A DNA stretch of 64,000 nt. Source: Dehalococcoidia bacterium (GTDB lineage Bacteria > Chloroflexota > Dehalococcoidia > Lucifugimonadales > UBA3495). Every line of letters begins with the position of its first letter. The first letter of the stretch is position 1. The stretch is taken from assembly GCA_965207585.1 (NCBI GenBank), contig CBDBMT010000002.1, forward strand, positions 81,740 through 145,739, written 5' to 3'. Position numbers and translations under genes: made by a program. This document shows positions 36,959 through 46,015 of the stretch, in pieces. The notes beneath the pieces are model-generated. The model worked only from the letters and a program-made list of their open reading frames with translations. It made no database searches and was not told the origin of the DNA.

Positions 36959-37062
36959 TCCTTCAGCGACCCTAATCCTTGACGGTCGTGACGCAGCGCG
37001 GCGGAGGATGTGTTCTCACATGTCTGTTGGGAGCGTCGCCAGTTTACCGAAGTACAGGCGTC

Positions 37063-37509
37063 TTACATCACTGAGATCGCGTCCGCGTATTCGCTGCTAA
37101 GGGTAACGCGGCGGTCCTTGGTGGTAAGCAGGGTAGCGTTGGCCGTCGCCGCATTGCGCCTGAGGGCAGCAGAGATGGAACGCCGCGCGCCGATCAGGCC
37201 GTAGCGGTCCAGATCGAGCTGGCTGTAAATTTCGTCGATGTGCATCTGATGGTCTGGGGCGCGTATCAGCGCGTCCAACAAGCGCTGCGCGTCCGCGGAT
37301 ACGTTGTTGCGTGTGTCCCGCGCAGTGGCGGCCGACCAGGTGTGTGCGTGCGGCGCGGCGGTGACAGTATCCATGGTCGCGCCGTTGGCAACCTCCGGCG
37401 TTTCCAATGCGACTGGTGCTTGGCCTACTTCCTGTTGCTTTGCCAGGGAACGGATAACCGAGATCACCTCCTGACTGTCGCCGGAGATGTTGAGCGTGAC
37501 GGTAGCCAT
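37063..37509 (-). CDS. Hypothetical protein
   Basis: Trimmed to the ATG at 37509, preceded by GAGGA. No recognised motif. Confidence 0.45.
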   Translation of the reverse strand: MATVTLNISGDSQEVISVIRSLAKQQEVGQAPVALETPEVANGATMDTVTAAPHAHTWSAATARDTRNNVSADAQRLLDALIRAPDHQMHIDEIYSQLDLDRYGLIGARRSISAALRRNAATANATLLTTKDRRVTLSSEYADAISVM

Positions 37510-37759
37510 TGCTGTCCATCCTCTGAATGAGTGCTGGGAGTAAAATCTGCGAAAATCTTCATGCGCGATCAACCCTGATCGCGATAGAGTCGGCACAACG
37601 CCGCAAGGGAACTGGATGCACGTTCGGCTGCGCATTATAATCAGATATTGCGCGAGTTGCCCAATATCGTTGCGAAACCGGAAAATGCGCTGAACGGAAT
37701 TCACTCAAAAAGCAGGGGCGGCTGTATAGCCGCCCCTGCACAATTTGCAGGTGTGCCGG

Positions 37760-38680
37760 CTAATCCTTGCGGGTGTACTTCACCACCGTGCGACCGGTGC
37801 TTCCCTCATAGGGCTCAACCACGTAAAGATCTTTCTGGCTGTCGACCCAAACGCCGTGGCAGCTGCGGTGCGTCAGGTCGCCCCACTGGGCCAGCCGCCC
37901 TCCATTCGCATCGAGGATACTGAGCATGCCGCCGTTGTGCTCCGCCACGTAAGCCACGTCATCGTCATCAATGCAGATGACGGCAGGACCGATGAGTTTG
38001 CTGGGCCAGTCGGTCACGTGCGTGCCGTCCTGATTGAAGACTTGGACACGGTCGTTTTCGCGGTCAGCGATCAAAAGATTGCCCTGGCGGTTGATCCAGG
38101 CGCCATGGGGCAGGTTGAATTGGCCAGGACCCGCGCCCGGCTCGCCCCACGAGAAGATGTGCTCGCCGGTGGGCGTGAACTTGTGCACCCGGGCGTTGGC
38201 GTAACCGTCGGCGATGTAGATCTCGCCGGCGTCGTTGAGGGCGATGCCGGCCGGCATGTTGAACGGATCGGCGCCGCGCACCACCTGGTGCCACGAGTTG
38301 GAATCGAAAGCGGTGTTGTCCGCTCCGGTGTCGGAGCGGAAGCCGTACTCGCCGATGGTCATGACCAGCTCACCGTCCTTGGTGAGCTTGAAAATCTGGC
38401 CCATGTTGCGGTCCACGAGCCACACGTAACCCCACTGGTCGATGATGATGGCATGGGGGAACTCGAACATCCCGGCGCCCCAGGACTTGATGAACTTGCC
38501 CTCCCGGTCGAAAATCATGATCGGGTGCTCGGGATTGCGGTTGAAGCAATAGACGCGGTCCTCGTCGTCGCCGAAAACTGCCGCCGCCGGCATTGGAATG
38601 CCATCGGGCGCCTGCGCCCAGTTGCGATCAAATTCGTAAGTGTGCGCGCCGTTGCCGACGACATTGGTGGCAGTGGTCAT
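37760..38680 (-). CDS. NHL-repeat six-bladed beta-propeller protein (peptidyl-alpha-hydroxyglycine amidating lyase-like)
   Basis: Repeated ...FxxPHGxxxDxxGxxxVxDRxNxRIQxF... units (e.g. FNLPHGAWINRQGNLLIADRENDRVQVF). Confidence 0.75.
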   Translation of the reverse strand: MTTATNVVGNGAHTYEFDRNWAQAPDGIPMPAAAVFGDDEDRVYCFNRNPEHPIMIFDREGKFIKSWGAGMFEFPHAIIIDQWGYVWLVDRNMGQIFKLTKDGELVMTIGEYGFRSDTGADNTAFDSNSWHQVVRGADPFNMPAGIALNDAGEIYIADGYANARVHKFTPTGEHIFSWGEPGAGPGQFNLPHGAWINRQGNLLIADRENDRVQVFNQDGTHVTDWPSKLIGPAVICIDDDDVAYVAEHNGGMLSILDANGGRLAQWGDLTHRSCHGVWVDSQKDLYVVEPYEGSTGRTVVKYTRKD

Positions 38681-38753
38681 TTGAGCCTCCTCATTGTCAT
38701 TGCGTGTGGCGATACCTTGGGTTCAGCCTTGTTTTACCACAATTTGATGCAGG

Positions 38754-39656
38754 TCAGAATGCGCCGATGCCAGGAGTTTGCACACGGATGCTGTATAGCG
38801 ACTGACCCGAGGTCAGGAAGAGAGTCCGCATGTCGTCACCGCCGAAGCAGATGTTCCGCGTGACTTCCGGGGTTTCCAGCACTCCCAAGCGCTCTCCCGC
38901 CGGCGAAACGACCCAAACCCCGCCGGACCCGGTGCACCAGACCCGGCCCTCGATATCGACTTTCATGCCATCGGGTACGCCCGGAGCGTCAGATCCCATT
39001 TCGATGAGGATGCGATTGCCGCTCAGGGTCCCATCCGCCGCGACGTCGAAGGCTCGGATACGTCGATTAGGGCAGAATTCACCCCGTTCCTCGCGGTCGA
39101 AGTCCTCCGGCTCCGCACGGCTGATGGCGACGTACAGGACCGATTCGTCAGGGGACAGGGCGAGACCGTTTGAGTACTCGCACTCGTCAGTTGCGAGGTG
39201 CACGTTTCCGGCCGGATCGATGCGATAGACGCCCGCGAATGGGATCTCGCGCAATTCCTCTGGAAAACGCAGGTGCGGGTCGGTGAAATAGATCGTCCCA
39301 TCGGTCCGGCAGATGACGTCGTTGGGTTTGTTAAAGCGTTTGCCGTCCCAGCGGTCGGCGATGGAGGTCACGTTGCCGTCGGCGTCCATGCGCGTGACGC
39401 ATCGGTGATCGGCGCCCTCGCACATCAAGAGGTTCCCCTGTCGGTCCAGGGTGCAGCCGTTGCCCTCGCCGGTGTCCTCACGGACGATTGTCGTTGCACG
39501 CGTTTGAGGGTCCCATTTGAGCAACTGTTCTCGTTGCAGATCCACAAAGGTAAGGTAGCCTCCCGGGTGCCACAGTGGGCCCTCGGTGCGCACCTGATTC
39601 CCGTCGAGGAGCGTAAGATCGTTTTCGGCAAGCAGCCCGGACAAATCATCAGCCAT
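38754..39656 (-). CDS. SMP-30/gluconolactonase/LRE-family beta-propeller hydrolase
   Basis: ...TEGPLWHPGG..., ...FNKPNDVICRTDGTIYFTDP..., ...SNGLALSPDESVLYV..., ...PDGMKVDIEGRVW... Confidence 0.85.
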   Translation of the reverse strand: MADDLSGLLAENDLTLLDGNQVRTEGPLWHPGGYLTFVDLQREQLLKWDPQTRATTIVREDTGEGNGCTLDRQGNLLMCEGADHRCVTRMDADGNVTSIADRWDGKRFNKPNDVICRTDGTIYFTDPHLRFPEELREIPFAGVYRIDPAGNVHLATDECEYSNGLALSPDESVLYVAISRAEPEDFDREERGEFCPNRRIRAFDVAADGTLSGNRILIEMGSDAPGVPDGMKVDIEGRVWCTGSGGVWVVSPAGERLGVLETPEVTRNICFGGDDMRTLFLTSGQSLYSIRVQTPGIGAF

Positions 39657-39880
39657 CGTTAGCCTCCAGTCACACGGGTAAGTTGCGGCCGATTATAGCA
39701 ATCGGAGATGCGCACCGTATCTGCGGCTGGCCGCTGCCGCCGAATAGCCGTCAGATCGCCTGTCCGCGTTGCCCTCAGCTGAAGCGGGCGGTAAACTGGC
39801 CCGCGTTGTATGCGCACCCGGCCAGGCTCCTTGTCAAGGGCTTGACCGGGTGAATTTGCTGCAAGGCGACGGTCGAGCAA

Positions 39881-41215
39881 GTGGCCAGGACAGAGGAACG
39901 TATCGGATCGGCGCCGCCCGCCGGCGCATCTCCCGGCGGGCGCATCTACTACGGCTGGTGGATGGTCGTCGTGACCTCGGTGATGAGCTTCTTCGCCAGC
40001 GGGATTTTCTTTCGCGGATTTGGCGTGCTGGTACTCCCGATTCGCGAGCAGTTGGGAATTACCCAAGCGCAGACGAACCTGGTTTTTTCCATAGCGCGCG
40101 CCGAAGGCGGGCTGGAGGGGCCGCTGGCGGGATGGCTGATCGACAAGTTCGGCAACCGAAAGGTGCTGGTGCCGTCGCTGATCATCACCGTCGTGGGTTA
40201 CCTGATCATGGCCTTCTGGCTGCCGGGATTCTGGGGGTTCGCCCTCATCTACCTGGGCCTGGTATCGCTGGGCAACAGCATGGGGTTTCAACACGCCTGC
40301 TTCGCCGGCTTGAACCAATGGTTCCACCGACGGCGGGCGCTGGCGATATCCATCCTGGCCGCGGTGGCGTCCCTGGGCGGCCTGGCGCTGATTCCCACGA
40401 TGAACCTCCTGATCGACAAGGCCGGCCTGCGCTGGGGCCTCATCGCTTCCGGCGGGTTTTACGCGGTCATCCTGCTGCCGCTGTGCTATTGGTTCCGGAA
40501 CCGCCCGGAAGACATGGGACTGATGCCCGACGGAGCGACGCGGCCGCCCCCCGTCCGGGCCGGCTCGGCTGCGGCGCGGCGCGAAACGCGGGACTACACG
40601 GTGCGTGAGGCGCTGCGAACCCAGGCTTACTGGCTCTTGCTGGTGGGCGCCGGTCTGCGACAGATGGCGACGCTGGGCATCCTGATCAGCCTTTTCCCGA
40701 TTATGGTTGACGACAAGGGCATGAGCACGCAGATGGCGGCGAACCTGATCGGAGCGATGTCGGCCATCAACTTCGTGTCCAGGCTGGTGATGGGGTACAT
40801 GGGGGACCGAGTATCCAAGAAAACCATCATGTTCCTGAGCCTGACGGTGGAAGGGATCGGATACCTGTGCCTGTGGCTTGGCGACTGGCAGACGGCGGTC
40901 GGCATCACGTTGATTGTGGCGTTCATCGTGTGCGAGGGCATGATGGACGGAGCCGGCGTGATCGTGTGGGCCGCGTTGGGCGAGTACTATGGCCGCACCA
41001 GGTTTGCCACCTTGCGGGGATATATCACCTTCGCCTACGCCTGGGCGTTGGTGGCGTCTCCGGTGTACGCGGGTTGGGTGGCAGACCGTTTTGGGCACTA
41101 CGACTACGCGATAATCCCGGGGGCGATATGCGCCTTTCTGGCGGGCGCGTGCTTCCTGTTCATCAAGCGGCCTCCGGAGTTGACAGCCGGGGATACGCCG
41201 GCTGAGACCCGATAA
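39881..41215 (+). CDS. MFS transporter
   Basis: About 12 predicted TM segments. ...GWLIDKFGNRKV... loop 2-3 motif. Start is uncertain (GTG at 39881). Confidence 0.75.
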   Translation: MARTEERIGSAPPAGASPGGRIYYGWWMVVVTSVMSFFASGIFFRGFGVLVLPIREQLGITQAQTNLVFSIARAEGGLEGPLAGWLIDKFGNRKVLVPSLIITVVGYLIMAFWLPGFWGFALIYLGLVSLGNSMGFQHACFAGLNQWFHRRRALAISILAAVASLGGLALIPTMNLLIDKAGLRWGLIASGGFYAVILLPLCYWFRNRPEDMGLMPDGATRPPPVRAGSAAARRETRDYTVREALRTQAYWLLLVGAGLRQMATLGILISLFPIMVDDKGMSTQMAANLIGAMSAINFVSRLVMGYMGDRVSKKTIMFLSLTVEGIGYLCLWLGDWQTAVGITLIVAFIVCEGMMDGAGVIVWAALGEYYGRTRFATLRGYITFAYAWALVASPVYAGWVADRFGHYDYAIIPGAICAFLAGACFLFIKRPPELTAGDTPAETR

Positions 41216-41383
41216 CTGTGTGAACCACCTACCCGGTGCTACAATGAACCCGGACTCGAATGGCGGCGGCCGACCGCCCTCGCAGGGTCCCGGCTCGAGG
41301 CACAAACCAAGTCTGACGGGTCACGCAGTCCCCGCGTTCGACCGGCTGCGTTAGTTAATTGAATCACGAACGGGAGTCCCACA

Positions 41384-42718
41384 ATGCCCACCATCTTGGA
41401 ACAGTACATCGCCAATCACGCCGGATCCGCGGAACGCTATCGTGACGCCGTGGGCATTTTCCCCGGAGGAGTCACCCACGACAACCGCTACGCCGAACCC
41501 TTCCCCCTGTACATCACCCACGGGCAGGGGCCCCGAAAGTGGGACGTGGACGGCAACGAGTACATCGACTACGTATCGGGTCACGGCGCGCTGCTGTTGG
41601 GCCACTCTCACCCTGCCATTGCCGACGCCGTCGCCGAACAGATCCGGCGGGGCACGCACCTGGGCGCGTGCACCGATGAGGAACTGCGGTGGGCGCGGGC
41701 TATCATGAACCTGATGCCGGCGGTGGAGCGCGTGCGTTTCCACAGCAGCGGCACGGAAGCCACGCTCATGGCGATGCGGCTGGCGCGCGCCTACACCGGG
41801 CGCAACAAGGTCATCAAGCTGCAGGACCATTTTCACGGGTGGCACGACTACGCCATGGCCGGTTCGGACCGCCCTGCGCCCGGCATCCCCGCAGAGTCCT
41901 GGGGCAGCATGATCATCGTGCCGGCGGGCAACCTGGACGTGGTGCAGCAGGCCATGGAGCGCGACGCTGACATCGCCGCGATCATCCTGGAACCCACGGG
42001 CGCTCACTACGGGCAGTTGCCGTTCAACGTGCCCCAATACCTGGCGGGATTGCGCCAGCTGTGCGACCAGCACGGCGTGGTGTTGATTTTCGACGAGGTG
42101 GTCACCGGATTCCGTGCGTCACCCGGCGGCGCGCAGGTCCGCTACGGGATCACGCCCGATCTGACTACGATGGCCAAGATCGTGGCCGGCGCCCTGCCCG
42201 GCGGCGCCGTGGGCGGCAAGGCCGACATCGTGGACATGATCGCCCAACGCGGCGACCCGGAATGGGACAACACCGAGCGCGTTTACCATCCGGGGACGTT
42301 CAACGGCAATCCGCTGTCGGCGGTGGCTGGAGCGACCTGCCTGGAACTGATCGCCTCCGAGCCCCTGAACGAGCACGCCGACGCCATGGCAGCGCGGCTC
42401 AAGGCAGGGCTGAACGAGGTGTTCGGCCGCATGGAGGTTGGCGGGCATGCCTACGGCATCGCGTCGATGATCCACTTCACCTTGGCCGAGGGCGACTTCG
42501 ACAACGAGTTCGGGCCGGAGGTCGACCGACAGATCAAGCGCGCCGCGGCCACGCCGGCGGTCACCGGCATCAAGCGCGGGTTGCAGAACCACGGCATCGA
42601 CATCATGGGCCGGGACGCGTTCCTGGTGTCCGCAACGCACTCTGAGGCAGACGTCGACGCCACCCTGGCGGCTTTTGAGGCGACGCTGGCGGAGGTTCGG
42701 GCAGAGGGGCTTGCATAA
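41384..42718 (+). CDS. Class III aminotransferase (glutamate-1-semialdehyde aminomutase-like)
   Basis: ...DVDGNEYIDYVSGHGALLLGH..., ...FHSSGTEATLMAMRLARAYTG..., ...LIFDEVVTGFR..., ...MAKIVAGALPGGA... (PLP-Lys region). Confidence 0.85.
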   Translation: MPTILEQYIANHAGSAERYRDAVGIFPGGVTHDNRYAEPFPLYITHGQGPRKWDVDGNEYIDYVSGHGALLLGHSHPAIADAVAEQIRRGTHLGACTDEELRWARAIMNLMPAVERVRFHSSGTEATLMAMRLARAYTGRNKVIKLQDHFHGWHDYAMAGSDRPAPGIPAESWGSMIIVPAGNLDVVQQAMERDADIAAIILEPTGAHYGQLPFNVPQYLAGLRQLCDQHGVVLIFDEVVTGFRASPGGAQVRYGITPDLTTMAKIVAGALPGGAVGGKADIVDMIAQRGDPEWDNTERVYHPGTFNGNPLSAVAGATCLELIASEPLNEHADAMAARLKAGLNEVFGRMEVGGHAYGIASMIHFTLAEGDFDNEFGPEVDRQIKRAAATPAVTGIKRGLQNHGIDIMGRDAFLVSATHSEADVDATLAAFEATLAEVRAEGLA

Positions 42719-42758
42719 ACAACGTAGACCAACCTGAGACATCATTCGAGATTTCGCC

Positions 42759-42944
42759 ATGCTCACCAAGATACTCACGCTGGCCGGCGGTAGCCTGGTC
42801 GCTTTCATATTGTTCGGGTTGACCTACTCGGCAACTGTGGAAGAGGGAGTCCTGCGGGCAACTTCCGTGGGATTGCTGGCCGGCCTGCTTGGTTTTGCGA
42901 TGAGCGTTTTCGCAGTCTGGCTATTCCTGGATCTTGGGAAATGA
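42759..42944 (+). CDS. Small two-TM membrane protein (hypothetical)
   Basis: 61 aa with two hydrophobic helices. Stop overlaps the next ATG (ATGA at 42941-42944). No SD seen. Confidence 0.35.
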   Translation: MLTKILTLAGGSLVAFILFGLTYSATVEEGVLRATSVGLLAGLLGFAMSVFAVWLFLDLGK

Positions 42945-43162
42945 GGCGACTCCAGGCGGCTTGGTTGGGACTTCTCATCTCCGGTGCAGTCCTGATTCTC
43001 ATGGATTTGCTCTCGCAAGTCTTGATCCGAATAAATGGCGTTCCAGCGGTTGGCGTACTGGGCGGAGCCTTGATACTACTGGCCTTGACCTCAATGATGA
43101 ATTGGCTCTCTAAGGAAGCATGGGAACAGCGCAATAGACCGAGTGGCGAGCAAGAGGTGTGA
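42941..43162 (+). CDS. Small two-TM membrane protein (hypothetical)
   Basis: 73 aa with two hydrophobic helices. Coupled to the preceding small ORF. Ends 1 nt before the DLH gene start. Confidence 0.35.
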   Translation: MRRLQAAWLGLLISGAVLILMDLLSQVLIRINGVPAVGVLGGALILLALTSMMNWLSKEAWEQRNRPSGEQEV

Positions 43163-43163
43163 C

Positions 43164-43904
43164 ATGGCAAGTTTTTGGGAAAAGATCAACGTAGGTGGGC
43201 ACGAAATGGACATGTACGCCAGCGTGCCGTCCAGCAGCGCCGGCTTCTCCGCTCCGTTTCCTGCGGTCGTGGTCGCGCAACACGCTACCGGCGTTGACGC
43301 ATTCATTCAGGATATCTGCGACCGACTGGCGGCGGACGGATACGCGGCAGTTGCGCCCAACCTCTACCACCGGCACAGTAAAGAAGCGATCGCCGCCTCT
43401 GCCGCCGGCGGGCCGCGGCCTAGTCCGGCGACGCTCCTCAGCGACCCCGACATCGTCGCCGACGTGAACGCCACCGTCGACTGGCTGCTCGGCCACGACG
43501 CGGTGCAGAGCGATCGGATCGGCGTCACGGGATTCTGCATGGGCGGGCGCGTGGCATGGCTGGCAGCCGCGTCCAATCCGAACTTCAAGGCCGTGGTCCC
43601 GTACTACGGCGGCAACCTGATGACCACCTGGGGCACCGGCGAAACGCCTCCCTTTGATTTGGCGAACAACATCCACTGCCCCATGCTGTTTCACTTCGGT
43701 GAAATCGACGCCAACCCGTCGCAGGACGACATGCGCAAACTCGACGCCGAACTGGACCGGCTGGGGAAGTTCCACCAGTTCTACACGTATGCTGGGGCTG
43801 ACCACGCCTTCATGAACCCGTCCGGCGGCCGGTACCACGAAGGCGCGGCGGTAGAGTCGTGGCCGCGCACGCTGGAGTTTTTCGCGCAGCATCTCAAGGC
43901 GTAG
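43164..43904 (+). CDS. Dienelactone hydrolase family protein (copy 1)
   Basis: Trimmed to the ATG at 43164 after AGAGG. ...PAVVVAQHATGVD..., nucleophile elbow GVTGFCMGG, ...GADHAFMN... Confidence 0.85.
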   Translation: MASFWEKINVGGHEMDMYASVPSSSAGFSAPFPAVVVAQHATGVDAFIQDICDRLAADGYAAVAPNLYHRHSKEAIAASAAGGPRPSPATLLSDPDIVADVNATVDWLLGHDAVQSDRIGVTGFCMGGRVAWLAAASNPNFKAVVPYYGGNLMTTWGTGETPPFDLANNIHCPMLFHFGEIDANPSQDDMRKLDAELDRLGKFHQFYTYAGADHAFMNPSGGRYHEGAAVESWPRTLEFFAQHLKA

Positions 43905-43920
43905 AGTTCCACACACTTTC

Positions 43921-44030
43921 ACTATTTTTGACATCGATGAACAGGATAGACAAGATACTATCTGATTATCTGTCAAAATCCTGTTTATCCTGCCTATCGA
44001 TGTAAATAGCCCAACAACGATCAGGAGGTA
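43921..44030. repeat. Imperfect inverted-repeat element; its right arm (43975-44010) is a copy of 7000-7034
   Basis: Left arm acatcgatgaacaggatagacaagat versus the reverse complement of the right arm acatcgataggcaggataaacaggatt. AT-rich relative to the flanks. Confidence 0.55.
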
Positions 44031-44035
44031 TCGCA

Positions 44036-44761
44036 ATGGCCAGTTTCTGGGAAAAACTCACCGTTGACGGCAGCGAGATGGACATGTACGCCAGCGTGCC
44101 CAGCAGCAGCGCCGGCTTCACCGCCCCATACCCCGCGGTGGTGGTGGCGCAGCACGGCGGCGGCGTTGACGAGTTCATCCGGACCATCTGCGATCGGCTG
44201 GCCGCCGAAGGCTACGCTGCGGTGGCTCCGAACCTGTACCACCGCAACTCGGACGAGGTGATGAACGCTGATCCACGGCCCCGTCCCTGGGACGTGCTGA
44301 GCGATCCTGACATCGTCGCGGACATCAATGCCACCGTGGACTGGCTCCGTAACCACGATGCTGTCACCGACCGGATCGGCGTGACCGGCTTCTGCATGGG
44401 AGGGCGGGTCGCCTGGCTGGCCGCCGCGAGCAATCCGCACTTCAGCGCCGTTGCGCCGTACTACGGCGGGAACCTGCTGGTAACCTGGGGTGCCGGTGAA
44501 ACCCCGCCCTTCGAACTGGCTTCCAACATCAACTGCCCAATGCTCTTTCACTTCGGAGAGGTTGACGAAAATCCCTCCCAGGATGACATGCGCAGGTTCG
44601 ATGAGGAGTTGAACCGTTTGGGCAAGGATCACCAGTTCTACGTGTACCGGGACGCCGATCACGCCTTCATGGACTTCACCGGCCCGCGCTATCAGAAGGA
44701 AGCCGCTGACCGGTCGTGGCCGCGGACGCTGGAGTTCTTCGGACAGCATTTGAAGGCATAG
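44036..44761 (+). CDS. Dienelactone hydrolase family protein (copy 2, tandem paralogue)
   Basis: AGGAGG RBS. Collinear with copy 1, with roughly three quarters of residues identical by eye, including GVTGFCMGG. Confidence 0.85.
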   Translation: MASFWEKLTVDGSEMDMYASVPSSSAGFTAPYPAVVVAQHGGGVDEFIRTICDRLAAEGYAAVAPNLYHRNSDEVMNADPRPRPWDVLSDPDIVADINATVDWLRNHDAVTDRIGVTGFCMGGRVAWLAAASNPHFSAVAPYYGGNLLVTWGAGETPPFELASNINCPMLFHFGEVDENPSQDDMRRFDEELNRLGKDHQFYVYRDADHAFMDFTGPRYQKEAADRSWPRTLEFFGQHLKA

Positions 44762-44773
44762 CCGTTTCCCAAT

Positions 44774-44801
44774 GTAGGGGCGAATGATTATTCGCCCCTA
44801 C
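44774..44801. repeat. REP-like perfect hairpin (possible terminator/mRNA stabiliser)
   Basis: gtaggggcgaat-gatt-attcgcccctac, a 12-bp perfect stem starting 13 nt after the DLH-2 stop. No U-tract. Confidence 0.55.
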
Positions 44802-44902
44802 GCTCGACTGTCAGCCTGCGAACGGTTTTCACCATGTCGTACAATCAGGTGGAAGAAAACCACCGACTGCGCCAAGCCTATGAAAATTCGCCTTAAACGG
44901 AA

Positions 44903-45151
44903 ATGCACGGAGTTTCCGCCGCGGCAAGACATCCGGATATTCGTCCCGAGTGGGTTATGCAAATCATCGCCGAACCTTATGAACGGTTCGAGGAATATCG
45001 GGCCGGAAGCCGGATGACGATTCTGGTGGGTCGCGTTCCGCCAGCCTCTCAGTGGATAAGGTTGGTGTTTGTGGGTGATCCAGAATCAGGCCTGTTTCAC
45101 ACCGCTTATATGGACCGCAGGCTGGCGGAAAGGTACGGAGGCAGACCATAG
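44903..45151 (+). CDS. Small DUF4258-like protein (putative toxin)
   Basis: 82 aa. ...AARHPDIRPEWVMQIIAEPYE...ILVGRV...IRLVF...LFHTAYMD resembles the DUF4258 layout. Directly followed by a DUF2283 gene. Confidence 0.4.
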   Translation: MHGVSAAARHPDIRPEWVMQIIAEPYERFEEYRAGSRMTILVGRVPPASQWIRLVFVGDPESGLFHTAYMDRRLAERYGGRP

Positions 45152-45162
45152 CAGGACGAGTA

Positions 45163-45426
45163 ATGAATCCTCAGAAGATTTCTGAGCCAGACCCGGTCGT
45201 AAGGTATTTTCCCGAAACGCAATCACTCTGGATTGACAGTGGAAAGCAGCTCGGAGAAGGCGAGACAATCGCAAGTGGCGTGGTCGTCTTTTACGACAAA
45301 GAAGACGATACGCTGGCTGAAGGCGTGCGTATCGAATTTGCCGAACATGTGCTCAAACCATTCGTGGACGCCATCATAGCGAAGTATGGCGCAAAGCCGG
45401 AACCAGTGACTAAAACCGCTGACTGA
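45163..45426 (+). CDS. DUF2283-domain protein (putative antitoxin)
   Basis: ...RYFPETQSLWIDSG...GVVVFYDKEDDTLAEGVRIEFAEH fits the DUF2283 pattern (YDxExDxLxI ... G.vvdyDkdg.ivGiei). Confidence 0.6.
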   Translation: MNPQKISEPDPVVRYFPETQSLWIDSGKQLGEGETIASGVVVFYDKEDDTLAEGVRIEFAEHVLKPFVDAIIAKYGAKPEPVTKTAD

Positions 45427-45483
45427 TAAGTCACTCCGCTAAGACTCTATCCCGAATCCATGCCGTCACAAAGGAGATTACCC

Positions 45484-46008
45484 ATGCCCCGAGTAGCTCT
45501 TGATTTGGAACAGAAAGAGGATCTGGCCGTGCTCAAGTCCGACGGATGGCGGATTGCGCAAGGCCTGGAACCGGGTGAACCCAACCAGGGGCTCGTCGCG
45601 GAGATGCTGGGCAGCAACGCCCGCCTGCCCGACTACGACGACTCCGGATGGGAGAGCGGCGCGGATTTCCAGAAGCGCTACTCGGTTGGGTTCACTTTCG
45701 CCTGGTACCGCCTGCGGTTCACCATGCCGGAGACGGTCAAGGGCCAGGATGTATCCACCTGCCGGGTCTGGTTCGAGACCAACGTGGACAACTACGGCGA
45801 GGTGTACATCGACGGTAAGATCGACCGCAACATCGGCGCGGTGACGGGCAACAACACGCCCAAGCGCGTGCTGCTGGAAGAGCCGGGCGAGCCGGGCAAC
45901 GAACACGTCATCGCGGTGCTGGTTGCCAACGCGCCTCTGGGCGAGCCGGTAGGCGCCATCTTCATGCGCTACGCCACTCTGGCCTTCGAGTCGCAACCCC
46001 CGCGATAG
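45484..46008 (+). CDS. Stand-alone galactose-binding-domain-like (GH2 N-terminal jelly-roll-like) protein
   Basis: AAGGAG RBS 7 nt before the ATG at 45484. DDSGWESG...FAWYRLRFTMPE...RVWFETNVDNYGEVYIDGK resembles the sugar-binding jelly roll of GH2 enzymes. Confidence 0.45.
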   Translation: MPRVALDLEQKEDLAVLKSDGWRIAQGLEPGEPNQGLVAEMLGSNARLPDYDDSGWESGADFQKRYSVGFTFAWYRLRFTMPETVKGQDVSTCRVWFETNVDNYGEVYIDGKIDRNIGAVTGNNTPKRVLLEEPGEPGNEHVIAVLVANAPLGEPVGAIFMRYATLAFESQPPR

Positions 46009-46015
46009 CAGTGCA

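Noticed and set aside
37745-38863. 372-aa plus-strand ORF opposite the NHL-propeller gene; similar cases at 50683..51792, 53760..54983, 58627..59568, 59499..60486, 10798..12108, 3099..4163 and 17611..18309
   Set aside because: All overlap well-supported genes on the other strand and lack motifs. Treated as GC-driven spurious ORFs.
39659-41305. 548-aa minus-strand ORF opposite the MFS transporter
   Set aside because: Extremely Arg/Pro/Gly/His-rich and not protein-like. The plus strand encodes a 12-TM transporter.
44784-45017. 77-aa ORF beginning MIIRPYA
   Set aside because: It starts inside the REP-like hairpin (the IIRPY translation is a known artefact of such repeats) and overlaps the better-supported DUF4258-like ORF.
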